A DNA stretch of 64,000 nucleotides. Source: Octopus sinensis. Lineage: Eukaryota. The stretch covers positions 79,670,001-79,734,000 of the forward strand of contig NC_043002.1 of NCBI RefSeq assembly GCF_006345805.1, written 5' to 3'. This document shows positions 11,171 to 25,294 of this stretch, piece after piece; the first letter of the stretch is position 1, and every line of letters starts with the position of its first letter. A program made the translations under genes and the position numbers. Below the pieces are notes generated by a model. It did no database searches, was not told where the DNA came from, and was given only the letters and a program-made list of their open reading frames with translations.

Positions 11171-12625
11171 TTAACTCGTATGCAAATGAATATCTTAAAA
11201 TAAGCAATAAAAAAAGAGGGCTACATCATGAATACCAGCTATATGTAATGCATATCTCTAGATGTGCACAGACTAGAATAGAAAATATAGTTAAACCAAA
11301 AATGGTGTTTCAGGTATTTTGTTCAACCCCAGTATAGTTATGTACGCATGGCTTTTTGTATGAGTGTGTGTGAGAACAATTCCAGCATTATCTACGCCAT
11401 CTCTTGACATTTTTAGATTGATTTAGATTTAGTTATACTGGATATTACGTTTCTTTTGAGTAACCAATTCTGTAGATTAGTGTTGGTGTAGATGGAGATA
11501 CAAGCAAACGCCAAAAAGAAAATTGAATGCCTTTTTCCGGGAGCCAGATTTTGCTTTTAAAGGACTCTTAAAATTGCAAGGAACAACATAAATATTTCTT
11601 CCTTATGACAAAACACTGATAAATGAGAATCGAGGAAAACATTTACAAAATCTTCTCTCAATGTACAAGGTTCTGCAGCAATAGATTTTGTATTTAAAAT
11701 TAATGAACAGCTAACCTTTCGAAATGTTGCATGTACGAGACAGCCCCTATGTCGATGCACATACTGAGAGATATAACATCCCAGTCATAATCAATCCCAC
11801 GCTTACCACATCTTCGTGAAGAGATTCTGAATCGGTGTGCCGCAGGTGTTTACAGACGGCGTTTAAGACTTGATACATTCTATATTAAAATTTTGAGTGG
11901 CTTGAATATCGTCATTAGTAATTGCTATCTTAAAGACATATTGTCAATAAATCACGATAAGCAATTGTTTTCTATACTTTCCTATATTTTAACTTTAAAA
12001 CATAGTTTTGTTATACTTGTCATGTGAAATGCACCATTAGTTTTTAAGTCTGTATGTGCAGTTCACCAAACATTTCTTTGTTTGATATCCATTCCGTTAC
12101 TACGCCAGAATGATTGAGAACCTATCTGTCCTACTAAGATCAACAAGCATCAGAATGAGGGATACTGTAGTCCTAGATTTAAAAAAAATTAAATAATAAA
12201 TACGAGAATATTGATCATGATTGTCACAATAAGTTCTTTCATTATGTGCCTATTGGATGATCAGAAGTTGAGCAGTAACATCATTAAAATTGCATTCATT
12301 TTATAGTCACAACAGATAATATAAAAGTTGAGTCGTCTGTAAAATAGCACAGCAATTTATATTCTTATAAACGTTCGCAATTAAATTTAGCTGCTGCCGT
12401 CTACAAAACCATCGACGCCACCACTACTACCACTATCATCATTTTCGCCTATTTTTATGTGAAGCTGAGAGCTTTTTTAAATGTATTTTTTTCGTGAAAG
12501 TAGATACAAAATATAAATGTTTCAATATGCATGTTATATGCGTCAGGGAGATTTGTATATATTAACCCATGTATGTATTCCTGTAAGAAGACGCACATAT
12601 GTTCCATCGCAGTTGATGAATATAC

Positions 12626-13013
12626 GGATGGAAGCATTCCGTCGGTTACGACGACGAGGGTTCCGGTTGATCCGAATCAACGGAACAGCCTGCTCGTGAA
12701 ATTAACGTGTAAGTGGCTGAGCACTCCACAGACACGTGTACCCTTAACGTAGTTCTCGGGGATATTCAGCGTGACACAGAGAGTGACAAGGCCGGCCCTT
12801 TGAAATACAGGTACAACAGAAACAGGAAGTAAGAGTGAGAGAAAGTTGTGGTGAATGAGTACAGCAGGGATCACCACCATCCCCTGCAGGAGCGTCGTGG
12901 AGCTTTAGGTGTTTTCGCTCAATAAACACTCACAACGCCCGGTCTGGGAATCGAAACCGCGATCCTATGACCGCGAGTCCGCTGCCTTAACCATTGGGCC
13001 ATTGCGCCTCCAC
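12626..13013 (-). mobile_element. tRNA-headed SINE (family 4), full length with 12-bp TSD
   Basis: Head GTGGAGGCGCAATGGCCCAATGGTTAAGGCAGCGGAC...GGTTTCGATTCCC; TSD TGATGAATATAC at 12614-12625 and 13014-13025. Confidence 0.92.
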
Positions 13014-13030
13014 TGATGAATATACATATA

Positions 13031-13361
13031 CAGGGCGTCCCAAAAGTCACTGGTGGGTTTCAGTTTTTAATAACTTCCTTAACTTTACAAATAAATGCAT
13101 GAAATTTTGAGACAATATAATATACACAATGGAAATTAATATGAGCAAGTCAAATTTTGCAACACAACTACATCACATATGAAAAATTACATCACTTAAA
13201 TGGCAACCACTTTCGGCTTCGCTCGCCCGTACGCTATCCACAACTTGCACCATAACACCTTCAAAAGTTACAGACCACACTTCTTTTTTTCTTAAATGTT
13301 CATGCATTTATTTGGAAGTTATTAGAAATTGAAACCTATTAGTGACCTTCGGGACACCTTG
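13031..13361. mobile_element. Tc1/mariner-type MITE
   Basis: Imperfect ~70-bp TIRs (CAGGGCGTCCCAAAAGTCACT / AGTGACCTTCGGGACACCTTG), TA on both sides. Confidence 0.88.
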
Positions 13362-13694
13362 TATATGTGAATTTCTCTGTCTAGATTTTCATACATACTC
13401 ACCTTGTCTCAACAGAATACCAAGTGTGGGGACATGGCTACCCTATCACTTCGGGAACCCCAGAAACAGTTGTAAGACATCAAATTCACCGAATGCTAAT
13501 TAAATATTCTAAATGACCTAACATACTCGTCCTGCCTAGGTTTTTGTTCTCCTTTCCCCTCTAATATAATATAATATGATACATACATACATACATACAT
13601 ACATACATACATACATACATACATACATACATACACACATACACACATATATATATGTATATTTGAGTATATATATATATATATATATATATAC

Positions 13695-13822
13695 GTCTAT
13701 ATATTTGTTTTCCAAGATTTTTTATGTGAAATCGTGTGTTGAAACAGATATTGTTGTATTTAGGAATAGTCACACACTAAAGCAAAGGACCACTGATGAG
13801 GTCACAGGAGTGTGACGAAAGT
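13695..13822. mobile_element. PLE family C terminal-repeat fragment pair with HHR core at 13787-13822 (+)
   Basis: Minus-oriented family-C terminus joined to GGACCA-CUGAUGA-G-GUCACA-GGAG-UGUGAC-GAAA; truncated after GAAA. Confidence 0.8.
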
Positions 13823-14037
13823 GTTTCCTACTAAAGCCTCTGGCCGACCAAAGACTTCAGTGTGAATTTGGTTGAGAGGATCTGGAAGACTGCCGTATGT
13901 ATGTATATATGTATGTTATATATGTATGACGTATGTATGTATATATATGCGACTGTATATATGTATGAATGTATATATGAATGTATGAACGTATGTATGT
14001 ATGAATGTATGTCGAAATTGCGAAGAAAATCTGGTAC

Positions 14038-14170
14038 TTGACTGAAGAAAGAAAACTTCGAACGACCCGTCCTTGTTTTCTTTGTATCGTCTATTTGGAT
14101 GTTTTGTTGTCTCATTTTTGTATCACCTAACTGTCCGGATGGTTTCCGTTCTTGTCCCATTTTATATTTT
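14038..14170 (+). mobile_element. Probable PLE terminal repeat with degenerate HHR-like motif
   Basis: CUGAAGA-AAG-AAAA-CUUC-GAACGACCCGUC followed by a T-rich tail ending in (TA)n. Confidence 0.35.
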
Positions 14171-14529
14171 TTATATATTTATGTATATATATATATATAT
14201 CTATATATATTATATATATATATATACACGCGTATATGTATAAGTATGCAAATATATACAGTATATATGTGTGCGTTTGTGTGTGCGCGCGCGCATGAGT
14301 ATATGCTTGTGCACGTGTGTATGTGTGTGTGTGGTGTGTCTGTGTCTGCGTGTGTTCCCTCCACAACCATTTGACAACTGGTGTTGGTGTGTTTACATCC
14401 CCATAACAGGTTCTGCAAAAGAAAAAAAAGATGATGGAAAATTACCAAATTTAAGAAGAAAATAAGTACGGTGCCCCAGCATGGCCGCTGCCTATTGAAG
14501 GAAACAGCTGAAATACAAAATATAATTTT

Positions 14530-14723
14530 TACTGGGGCAGCCCTTTGAAGAGTTTGAGTCGAATGAATCGACTATGTTTATTAAAGCCTAGTATTTATTC
14601 AATCATACACTTCTTTGTTGAACTACTAAGTTACGGGGACGTAAGCACACCATCACCGGTTCTCAAGATATAGTGTGGGACATACAGTCATATACACACA
14701 CACACATATATACATACATACAT

Positions 14724-14761
<38 letters not shown>

Positions 14762-14930
14762 GCATATATATATATGACGGGCTTCTTTCAGTTTCCGTCT
14801 GCCCAATCTACTCACAAGGCTTTGGCCAGCCCGAAGCTATAGTAGAAGACACTTGCTCTAGGTGCCACACAGTGGGTCTGAACTCGGAACCATGGGGTTG
14901 GGAAGGTAGCTTCTTACCACGTAGCCACGC
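14530..14930 (-). mobile_element. SINE family 2, older copy
   Basis: 'gacgggcttctttcagtttccg...gctatagtagaagacacttgc' antisense body. Confidence 0.85.
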
Positions 14931-15617
14931 ACACACCCACACATACACGCACATACCCACACATACACGCACACGCACATATACGGGCTCTTATCCATTC
15001 CGAGGATCGGAAACAGGAGACATCAGCTGTAAAATATTCTTTATGAAAAATGTACGATTGTACTTGATTCGGAGCAAAATACAGAGTGAATAGACTGATT
15101 TAATTAAATAAATTAAAGGGAGAAAATCCAAAACCTGAGAAAAGTGCGTCTTGCATCTATGATCCTCCATCAAAAATATAACGTCTGGATATTCATGTAA
15201 AACAGCTATAAGCAAGAAAGACTCAATTAAATCACATTTCCTTTTAGTTAACAAATACATTAAAGCCAATTAGAGAAAAGACTAGCCATATGCTATAAAA
15301 TATATCACTGGAGTAGAATTAATTTTATAATATTTTTTTATGCGTTATGGTGTACCATATTTCTAGTTCCAATTATAATCGGAAGTTCGTTTGTCTAACT
15401 TGCATGAATATGCATTAAAAATATCTAACAATTTTGCGTCTATGTATGGGTTTTAGTGATTTTTGAATTATATATGTGTAAATGTCTGCATGTGTGCAAC
15501 CGTCATTGAAGATATACGTGCACGCAGAAGCAGACGTCTTCCTAATATAAATACGCACCTAACTCGTATTCACATAATCACTTAAACAGACAAGTATATA
15601 TATATAATATATATATA

Positions 15618-15668
<51 letters not shown>

Positions 15669-15775
15669 CATAAGTTATAATAATTTTTGTCCATCTATCT
15701 GTGTATATCTCTCGCCATGCGTATGTTACTTATATAAAAATTATTAAGGTAGCTTTCGCGCAGTTTACAACCAAA

Positions 15776-16245
15776 AGGCACAAGGGGCTAAACAAAGAGG
15801 AGACAAACAAGGACAGATTAATGGATTAAGTCGGTTATACCGACCCCAGTGCGTAACTGGTACTTATTTAATCGACCCCGAAAGGATGAAAGGCAATATC
15901 GACCTCGGCGGAATTTGAACTCAGAACGTAACGGCAGACGAAACGCTAAGCATTTCACCCGGCGTGCTAACGTTTCTGCCAGCCCGCCACCTTGAATGTC
16001 GGCTTGCTAACGTTTTTGCCAACCCGTTGCCTTATATGAACTTGTAATGTTCGTTTAAAATTTTGGTACAAATCCATAAGTTTCGAGGGAGAAGGTAAGC
16101 CAATTATTTCGACACCAGTGTTCAACTAGTCCTTATTTTATAGAATTCGAAAGGATGAAAGGCAAAGCAGAGCTCGGGGGATGTTGAACTCAGAAAGTAT
16201 TAATGGACTGTCTCGCATGTTAACGATTCTGCCAGCTCAACAGCT
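15776..16245 (-). mobile_element. SINE family 1 cluster (monomer 15776-15995 and older copy 16050-16245)
   Basis: Antisense 'gacctcggcggaatttgaactcagaac...gctaacgtttctgccagc'. Confidence 0.85.
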
Positions 16246-18464
16246 TATATATATTTGTAATAGTGACGCTACATAACTTCAACCACCAAATATGCCTCTC
16301 CACTCCTTCGTATCTTCTCTTATATTTGCAATTTTTTGCCCTTGGTAAACAGCAAGGTTCGCTACCTGGAGGCTCTTTAGGTGGAAGATGAGCAAAGAAG
16401 ATGATATAAAAGAAATAAAAAATGGGTGGTCAGACTGATCATCCGGTAGGTTACTGGATGAAAGAACAATGAAACGATGTGGGGTTTTGAGATGGAGAGA
16501 TGGAAGAAATAGAGTGTTCACAAAGGATATTTCGGAATATTTTTCCGTACGTAGACATATGGATTTCCTTCTAATTTTTTCCGTGTTTTTACTTAGGTTA
16601 AACGGAAAGAAGAAAGATTCAGAATTGTTTATCATAGACATAGTATGAGATTAACGTTATCGTTCCTGACGAAATTCAACTCACGTGGTTTCTTTTAGCT
16701 TATTTAATTAGACGTATTCAGGCGTCTAGCCTTAAGGTATGTAGCTAAAACCGGACAATCGTTTCGAATGTCCTTGCTGGTTGTATTCATTACCGTTCAG
16801 AAATCACTCTTTTCGATATTTTTTACTATTCTTTTTCACATTTTCTTTCTTCCATCGACCACATCACTGACAACAAGGATCTTGCCGCCTGCTATCTGTC
16901 AGCAATCTCCCGTTGCTACCTTTATCAGCGATGCTGCCATTTTCTCATCCGATGTTTTGTTTTATCATGGTTGCTTCGTAGTTCCGTATAATTTTCTGAG
17001 CACACAATTATATTTCTTCTATTTCTTGTTTTTATGCTTCTGTTGCGGTTAATGTTGTTGTTGCTGATTTTTCTTGTATCTTCATATTTTGTCTTTTTAC
17101 TTTATTCATAGTATTTGTCTTTATCATCGTTTATTAATTCGCTTTATACTTTTCGTGTTGGTCATCGTTGGTTTCTTTTACTTCTGCATCGTTCTATCTT
17201 CATCTTTTTCTTATTTATCGACTACATTTTCATCTTCGATCTTGCCATCATCTCATCCCCTTTTCTTTGTGTATGCATATATGAGATTCACAGAAACGCA
17301 CACATGTATGTATAAATGGATGTATGTGTGTAATTATGTTTGCAATTATGTATGTATATACGTATGTATGTACGTGTGTATGTGTATATGCATGCATGTA
17401 TGCATGTATGTATGTGTATATATATGTATGTATGTATGTATGCACGTACGTAAGCGCACGTGTGTGTCTGTGTGTATGTATGAATGCATGCATATATTCA
17501 AGCATGTATGTATGTACGTAGTATGTATGCGAGTATATATGTAGCATTATTTACGTGTTTATATGTATGTATGCACGTACGTATATGTGTACATGTATGT
17601 ATTTATGTATATATTTATAACCATTTAAGTAAAGAAAGATAAATACGCAGAAAGGCATACAAATACACACAGACACAGGCACACATAGATATTCACACAT
17701 ATACGTATGTGTGTAAATCGATATATAAATATATACATACATATGTGCAGATACTTATGTGCTTATGTGTATATGCGTATTACATGTGTAGGCGAGTGTA
17801 TACATTTGTGTCTTCATCTATGGTTCTTGATATGTGGCCTCATCAAATGTGAGGGTTTGAAATAGCAGCTCTGAGCTACACAAAATTCGAGGGCTGGTAG
17901 TCTTGGACCACTTACCAAAAATTCCCCAGGCTCTTTTTTTTCTAAGGAGGTAAAACCTTTTGATGATATGATCTGATAACGTAGGAAGGTCGGATTGCCG
18001 TAGGAACCATGCAGGGAATATTTCAGCAACGCCAGATTTGGCATCACTTGGTTAAAGATAACTTCACACAGCCACAGAAAATAACATATAGAGAAAAGCA
18101 TGTACAGAAACGCTGGGACTTATACAGTCAGACTTATATATCTATTGTGTATATTGATATTACAACATCGTCAATACACGAGAAAGTAGAGCTGTGAAAG
18201 AAATGCATTGAAGTACTTATGCTCTCTATGAGACTTATCTGTTTTCTTTACTTGTTTTCGGCATTGGATGGCGGTCATGCTGGGACACCGCCTTAATGAG
18301 TTTATCGAAAAAATTGACACGAGTTCTTATCTTCTTTTGAAGGCAGGCATTTTATCTTATCGGTCACTTTTACCAAACCGCTAAGTTACAGGGATGTAAT
18401 TCAAACTAACTCTCTGGTTGCGAAGAGTATATATATATATATATATTATATATATATATATATA

Positions 18465-18638
18465 TTAGTTTGATTTGAAAACCCCACTAGAATGGGAGAA
18501 AGCGCTAATGATCTAAGTGATATGATATATATATTTAAAATGTAATATATAAATAAATATCTGTAAATATAAACCATCCGCTCTTCTGAGAACCTCATTT
18601 CTTCTAATATATAATACCTGTACATCATCTCCAACCCT

Positions 18639-18702
<64 letters not shown>

Positions 18703-19870
18703 CATATATATACATATATACATACATATGTGTGTATGTGCGTGTGTGTGTGTGGGGGAGATCATGCTAGCTCAAGTATTTACTTCCCTAAATATATACA
18801 TGCACACAAAAAACCCAGATAAAAAACCCATAAGAAGCCCTTGAACTTGAGAAAATGAAAAAAACACAAGAAATGAAGAATTCTCACGCAAGAAATAAAA
18901 TTCAACTAGAGATCGGAGAATCCCAAACATATAATACCAAACAGCAGAACCAGAACCAGATACAACTAACGATAAAAGCCCAAGAACAATTAACATAGAC
19001 AAAATCAAAGATACATGAAGAACGAACGGAACGAAAGAATAACCACCAGCCGTAATTCTACTGTTCCGACAATGATCAACATGAAATTCCAGCGAATGGA
19101 ACATTTCATAACAGAAACGTCGCTCTCCCAAATGGAAATACTTTTTGAGGAAAATGTACCTCCCATCAAATTAAAGAAAAAAAAGAAGAAAACACCACCC
19201 TTGAAGTCACGCTTAACGAGGAAAACCCACAGGCACCAAAAATAATCAAAATATCGGTCAAGAAATTAACACTGTAGGAAATAAAGCTGTTAGAGAATGG
19301 ATTGATGTTCATACCCACCCCAAAAGCAGATCAAGCCGATCTTATAAAAGACACAGAAGATTCTTGTCGAAAATCACTTCTAGAAGAATTCTTCCAGAGT
19401 GGAGAATACGAGGAAGATTCAAAATGAACTTCAAGTCCTCGCTAAATAGAGACAGACACCGGGAAGAATACATAACCTGCATACGACGATCGACACAGTC
19501 CAATATTGCAGAGACGAAACACATACCCAACATCACTACAGACCAACTGTTCTTTTAGCACTAAACAAACTACAAAAAGAATCCTCAATAATCATAAAAC
19601 AAACTGACAAAGGCGGGGCAATCGTCATCATGGACAAAATCCACTAGAAAGATATGACGAGGGGTTTTACAGGAAAATCAACCAATGCGAAGAAATAAAT
19701 TCGATGATTCAAGTAGGTATACTGACGACAAAGTACGAAAATAACCTCTCGCTAAAGGAAATAAGTTACTTATCCAACTTCGAAATGAAAACCAGCAATC
19801 TGTATGGATTACCGAAAGTTCACAGATCCATAGAAATCCAAAACAACATAAAAGGCAAAAATATATCATA
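18465..19870 (+). mobile_element. PLE 5' region: N-terminal domain and start of RT, preceded by an HHR-like motif
   Basis: Translations KLLENGLMFIPTP, IIIKQTDKGGAIVIMDK and NLYGLPKVHRS are PLE RT motifs with stops and frameshifts. Confidence 0.85.
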
Positions 19871-19934
19871 TTTCATACATTCAGGAAACATCCGTTCTAG
19901 AATATACTCCATGATACATGATATTTAGAAACAT

Positions 19935-20330
19935 TTATCTATTTCTTTTACTTGTTTCAATCATGCTGGGGCATCAACTTGAAGGATTTTAGTTGAACGA
20001 ATCGACCCCAGAATTTCTTGTTTTAAAGAAGGGTACTTATTCTTTGGAAATCTTTCGCCGAACCTTTAACTTATGGAGACGTAAACAAACTAGCACCAAT
20101 TGTCAAGCACCGGTGAATGACAAACGCAAACACAAAGACAGACACACAGTCGCAGACACACGCGCGCACACAATATAAATTTCAATTTCTCTGTACCCAG
20201 TCTACTTACAAGGGTTTGGTGGATTCGTAGCTTTAGTGGGAGACATGTGCTCAAGGTGTCATGCAATGGAACTGAACCGGCAACCATTTGGTTGGGAAGC
20301 AAAGTTCTTACGACGAAGCCACGCCTGTGC
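19935..20330 (-). mobile_element. SINE family 2, degenerate
   Basis: Antisense tail and head motifs. Confidence 0.75.
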
Positions 20331-20354
20331 GTATAGGGGAGCAGTTTTGAAGAT

Positions 20355-20703
20355 GTACGCAAATGGTAGTTAATTTATCGACCCCGAAATGATGAAAGAC
20401 AAAGTCGACCTCGGTGGAATTTGAACTCAGAACGTAAAGACAGACGAAATATCGCTAAGCATTTGGCCCAGCGTGCTAACGATTCTTATTTATTTATTGC
20501 CATCAAGGGGCTAAACATAGAGGGGACAAACAAGGATAGACAAAGGGATTAAGTCGATTACATCGACCCCAGTGCGTAACTGGTACTTAAGTTATCGACC
20601 CCAAAAGGATGAAAGGCAAAGTAGACCTCGGTGGAATTAGAGCTCAGAACCTAAAGACAGACGAACGCCCGGTGTGCTAACACTTCTGCCAGCTCGTGGC
20701 CTT
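20355..20703 (-). mobile_element. SINE family 1 dimer
   Basis: Two units; the second starts at 'gaatcgttagc' directly after the first tail. Confidence 0.85.
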
Positions 20704-21059
20704 CCTGTTATGCTTATATTAAAGATAATTTAATATCATGTCATCTTTTTCTGTTTTCACAAAACACCTAATCGACATGCTTGAAGGTGCTACAACACGG
20801 ACAGCGATCAGCGTAAAGCTGAGTCATTGTGCCAAATACACTAAAGCGTTATATACGAGCCCAAGGAAAGTGTTCTGCATAATTAAAGCGTTCTCTTCAC
20901 GAAGTTTTTTTTTGTGTGTGGGGAGTGGGGTGCCTTAATGATGAGATCCTTATTTCGGGTGGTAAAATGTAATTTCTTATAAGCTACTAATTTCTATGTC
21001 AGAAAACTCTTTGCTCAGCGAATCGTTATGATTCTTCATTGACGTTTCTTTACTATCGA

Positions 21060-21857
21060 TTTCAAGCTTTGGCACAAGGCCAGCAACTTTGGAGGACGGA
21101 GTGAGTCATTTACATCGACCCCAATGTTCAACTGGTACATATTTCATCGACTCCGAAATGATAAAAGGAACAGTCGTCTCTGGTGGAATTTGAATTCAGA
21201 ACGTAATGTCGCGAAGAATTTTTCCCTGTGTGATATCGTTTCTGCTAAATCGGTGCCTATGATGTGTCTCTAATATACATTCCTACGCAAGGCACAAGGC
21301 CTGAAATTTTAGGGAGAGTTCCAGTCGATTATATCGACCCCAGTACGCAACTGCTACTTAATTTATCGATTCCGAGAGAATGAAAGGCAAAGTCGACCTC
21401 GGCGGAATTTGAACTCAGAAGGTTAAGACGGACGAAATACCTATTTCTTTACTACCCAGAAGGGGCTAAACAGAGAGGGGACAAACAAGGCTAGACAATC
21501 GGATTAAATCGATTACATCGACCCCAGTGCGTAACTGGTACTTAATTTATCGACCCCGAAAGACGGAAAGGCAAAGTCGACCTCGGCGGAATTTGAATTC
21601 AGAAAGTTATAGACGGACTAAATACCTATTTCTTTACTACCCACAAGGGGCTAAACACAGAGGGGACAAACAAAGACAGACAAACGGATTAAGTCGATTA
21701 TATCGACCCCAGTATGTAATTGGTACTTAATTTATCGACCCCGAAAAGATGAACGGCAAAGTCGACCTCGGCGGAATTTGAACTCAGAACGTAACGGCAG
21801 ACGAAATACTGCTGAGCATTTCGCCTGGCGTGCTAACGTTTCTGCCAGCTCGCCGCC
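21060..21857 (-). mobile_element. SINE family 1: trimer (21285-21857) plus older monomer (21060-21260)
   Basis: Three ~185-bp units joined at 'aaagaaataggtattt(c/a)gtc'. Confidence 0.9.
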
Positions 21858-21890
21858 TATGATATTTCTCTAATATTAATACACAGATAA

Positions 21891-22300
21891 TGGCGGTGAG
21901 CTGGCAGAGTCGTCAACAGACCGGGAAAATCGTTAGAGATATTTCGTACATCTTTACATCCTGAGTTCAAATAGCACTAGAGTCGACGTTACTTTCATTT
22001 TATCAGTGTCGATTAAATAAGTAACAGTGGAGTATTGGGGTCGATGTTCTCGACTTACCCCTCCTGCAGAATTAGTGGCCTGGTGCCAAAATATAATAGC
22101 AGTATTAATACTCATGTATACCAAGGCTGCAATGTAGAAGAATCGTTAGCATGTCAGACAAACTGATCAGCAGCGCTTCTGCTAGCATTTTGTTCGGAGT
22201 TCAAATTCTGCCGTGGTTGACTTTTCCTTTATTCCCGCCGGAATCGACAAAATACATACAAGTCTGAGCACAAGATTTGATGTTAACAACTAATCCCAAC
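21891..22300 (+). mobile_element. SINE family 1, two older monomers
   Basis: 'ggcggtgagctggcagag...gagttcaaat' and 'gaatcgttagc...gagttcaaattctgcc'. Confidence 0.75.
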
Positions 22301-22523
22301 TGATGTGTCTTGAGTAGAGAGGATATGCATAGGAATTAGTTTTTGTGAGTGTAACAGCTATTTTTCTTATTATTAAATAGCCAACGTGACTGACTTTCCG
22401 ATGGTGTAATTTGTTTCAATTGCAATAACACAGTCTAAGGTCAAGTGACTTAACACACATTCACACCTACACACACAAACAGAAAGAAAATATGCGCATG
22501 TAATATATATATGTATACATACA

Positions 22524-22615
<92 letters not shown>

Positions 22616-22826
22616 ATATATATATATATATACGCACTAAGAATTACACGCATATGTCTATGCAGTCATATATATATACATACATACACACACACCACAC
22701 ACAAACACATATATGTATATACATACATGTTTACATCGTATATAAATGTGTGTGTGTGAATATATATATATATATATTATATATATATATATTATATATA
22801 TATGTATGTATGTATATATGTATATT

Positions 22827-22858
<32 letters not shown>

Positions 22859-23243
22859 ATATATATATGTACATATCGTATATAATATGCATGTGTGTGA
22901 ATGTATGTATGTATATATATATATATATCCACATACATATGCGCATACATATTGACACATATATGCATGTGTGTTATAGCATATCTTCCATAAAAGTATG
23001 TTTGTTTTCCTGGCTTCACATTCCACACGTCACATTGCTATATTTGTTATTGATCAGATTGATGTTAAGAAGTTATTTGGCCGAAAAGCTGCCAATATAT
23101 GTTATTAAACAATAAATGGAAACAAACAGTAATCCTGTCTTGTTTGTTTTGCAATACGCCAGCTTTTTAGCAAATTTAAAAGTGAAATACAAAACGATTT
23201 CTGCATACACATACACACTCACAAATGCCATCCAGACATAGTA

Positions 23244-23302
<59 letters not shown>

Positions 23303-23583
23303 AGCACACATATACACACATACACTAGAACATTTGGCTTGGCTAGCCAAAGAAGGAGTGTTTGCATGGCCTCTTGAATGCTAGAAAGAGCATCACGATC
23401 TCCCTCAAATCACACCATGGTTACAAAGAAATCAACTCAGGAACCAAATTGGATATGAAGTCCTGAATAAATATAACTCCGGAAGGCCACTACTTGAACG
23501 AATTTTATTATAGAGCAATTCAATCTGAATTTTTCTAGGGCTAGCTACTACAACGGAAATGAAGGCACACACTCAAAGACACA

Positions 23584-23967
23584 TCTATTATATAAAATCC
23601 GTTCTGTCTGTCTGTCTGTGTGTCTTCTAGGATCTCGGGTATCCTCCATCCGATTGCGCTCAAATTTGATATGAAGATACCGACGGTATTAGGGCGTGTA
23701 TAAATATGAAAAAATTACAAAAATCGATTCTAGGGGAGAATGCGATCAATAAAGCCGTGGGAACGTGCATTTGTACGCGCAAGTACATCAGCTGTTGCGA
23801 TCGATACTACGCGTACGCGAGAAAAATGCTCGTGCAGTTTGCACAAAAAAGCCGGCTGGCTTGAAATAATGCACAAAATGGGACGGTCGGACAAGTTGTC
23901 GGGAGAATATTTGGTTTAAATGTTTGACAACTCAGCACCGTCCATTAGACGGGGGGCATTTTGCTCG
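23584..23967 (+). mobile_element. Non-autonomous Helitron-like element
   Basis: 5' TCTATTATATAAAA plus (TCTG)n; 3' hairpin CCGTC-CATTA-GACGG and terminal CTCG|T (variant of CTAG); inserted between A and T; a second 5' end follows at 23969. Confidence 0.7.
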
Positions 23968-24566
23968 TATCTATATATCTTTATATATGACGGTATAAAT
24001 GTGAGCGTGTTCGGATACAAGAGAAGAATACTGAATATATGATCTGAATAAACAATAACAACAAATTTTGTACTATTTACGGTACCATACATGGTACTTA
24101 TATCTCATACAGTCTTAAGAAGGAGCATTGTGTTTCAGATTTTCCACATTTATTGGAAAAATTAAAAGACTGCTTCAGATTATATATACATATAAATTAG
24201 TGTAATTTTTATACACAAAAGAGGTGACCTAAAGAGGACATCTTACATGCTGAAAAGGGCAGTTAAAGCCCATACCACGGATAAAAGTAATTTCAAAGGA
24301 AATGAAAAATAAATAAGTGGTAACTATTGAAAAAATATGTTGTCCATTTACTTTATTATGCATGCTGGCCACCGGTAGAATATTTCTCTGAATTTTTTTT
24401 ACACTTAATATATATATATATATAAAGTGTGTTATTCTCGGAGATTTTAAAGTAGTAAAATAAGTCATCAACGTCTCCTAGTAGTGCCTGATGAGGCAGT
24501 AAGCTGAACCCTTTTTATAGTTATGTATATAATTATAAAATGATTCATATATATATGTACATATAT

Positions 24567-24645
<79 letters not shown>

Positions 24646-24649
24646 TAAT

Positions 24650-24877
24650 AATATTAGGGAATAAATCCAAACTTACAAGGAAAAATTAGATTTAGATTAA
24701 ATCCAATTTTATGGTATAAATATATTATATTATATTATATTAAATTAGAGATAAAACCACTATTAGGCAAATCAAACAGGAAAAACATAAGCCAATACTT
24801 AAAATTAATTTAAAATATAAAGGTTAAAAATAAAAAATTATTTAAATAATTTAGACTTATAAATTTTATATATATAT

Positions 24878-24920
<43 letters not shown>

Positions 24921-25100
24921 ATATTATATTATATATATTTTATTAATTAATTAATTAATTTATTTATTTATTATTTTTTTATATATCAAAATTATTAAAA
25001 GTTTAATAAAAGATAAAGAGTAAAACACTACGATCGTTTCATGACTGTACCATATATTTATATATGTATAGGTATGTTGAAACAAACAGGAAAAATAAAA
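24650..25100 (-). mobile_element. AT-rich probable PLE terminal repeat with HHR 3' half
   Basis: Minus strand GAAAC-GAUC-GUA-GUGUUU at 25022-25040; the same CGATCGTTTC occurs at 33871; abuts (TA)n. Confidence 0.4.
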
Positions 25101-25186
25101 CTCAAAATATGAGTAATTGTATGAAAACTCTATTACTTCTAAATCAGTAACAGTACTTTTAAGTAAACATTATTTGCCAATATAAT

Positions 25187-25294
25187 ATGGCGGTCCCGAT
25201 TGGGATGAATGTTATTGCTGTTTAGCCCCATAAAATATCGTCTCCAGCTGGCTGTACGACATACTGTAGCTTTCATCCCAACCTGGACTACCAT
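25187..25294. mobile_element. Small hairpin (MITE-like) element
   Basis: Termini ATGGCGGTCC / GGACTACCAT plus inner TTGGGATGAA/TTCATCCCAA repeat; same termini as 49445-49516. Confidence 0.55.

Noticed and set aside
12940-13013. Functional tRNA gene
   Set aside because: tRNA-like head continues into a SINE body with a 12-bp TSD; second copy at 45035-45218
13400-13500. Minus-strand exon candidate ending in AAG|GTGAGT
   Set aside because: Stops in all frames and no linked exons identified
17814-18101. Minus-strand 95-aa ORF with an internal GTAAGT donor at ~17917
   Set aside because: No recognisable domain, weak acceptor, no partner exon found
24494-24515. CUGAUGAGGC...GCUGAAC hammerhead candidate
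   Set aside because: GAAA and stems I/III absent
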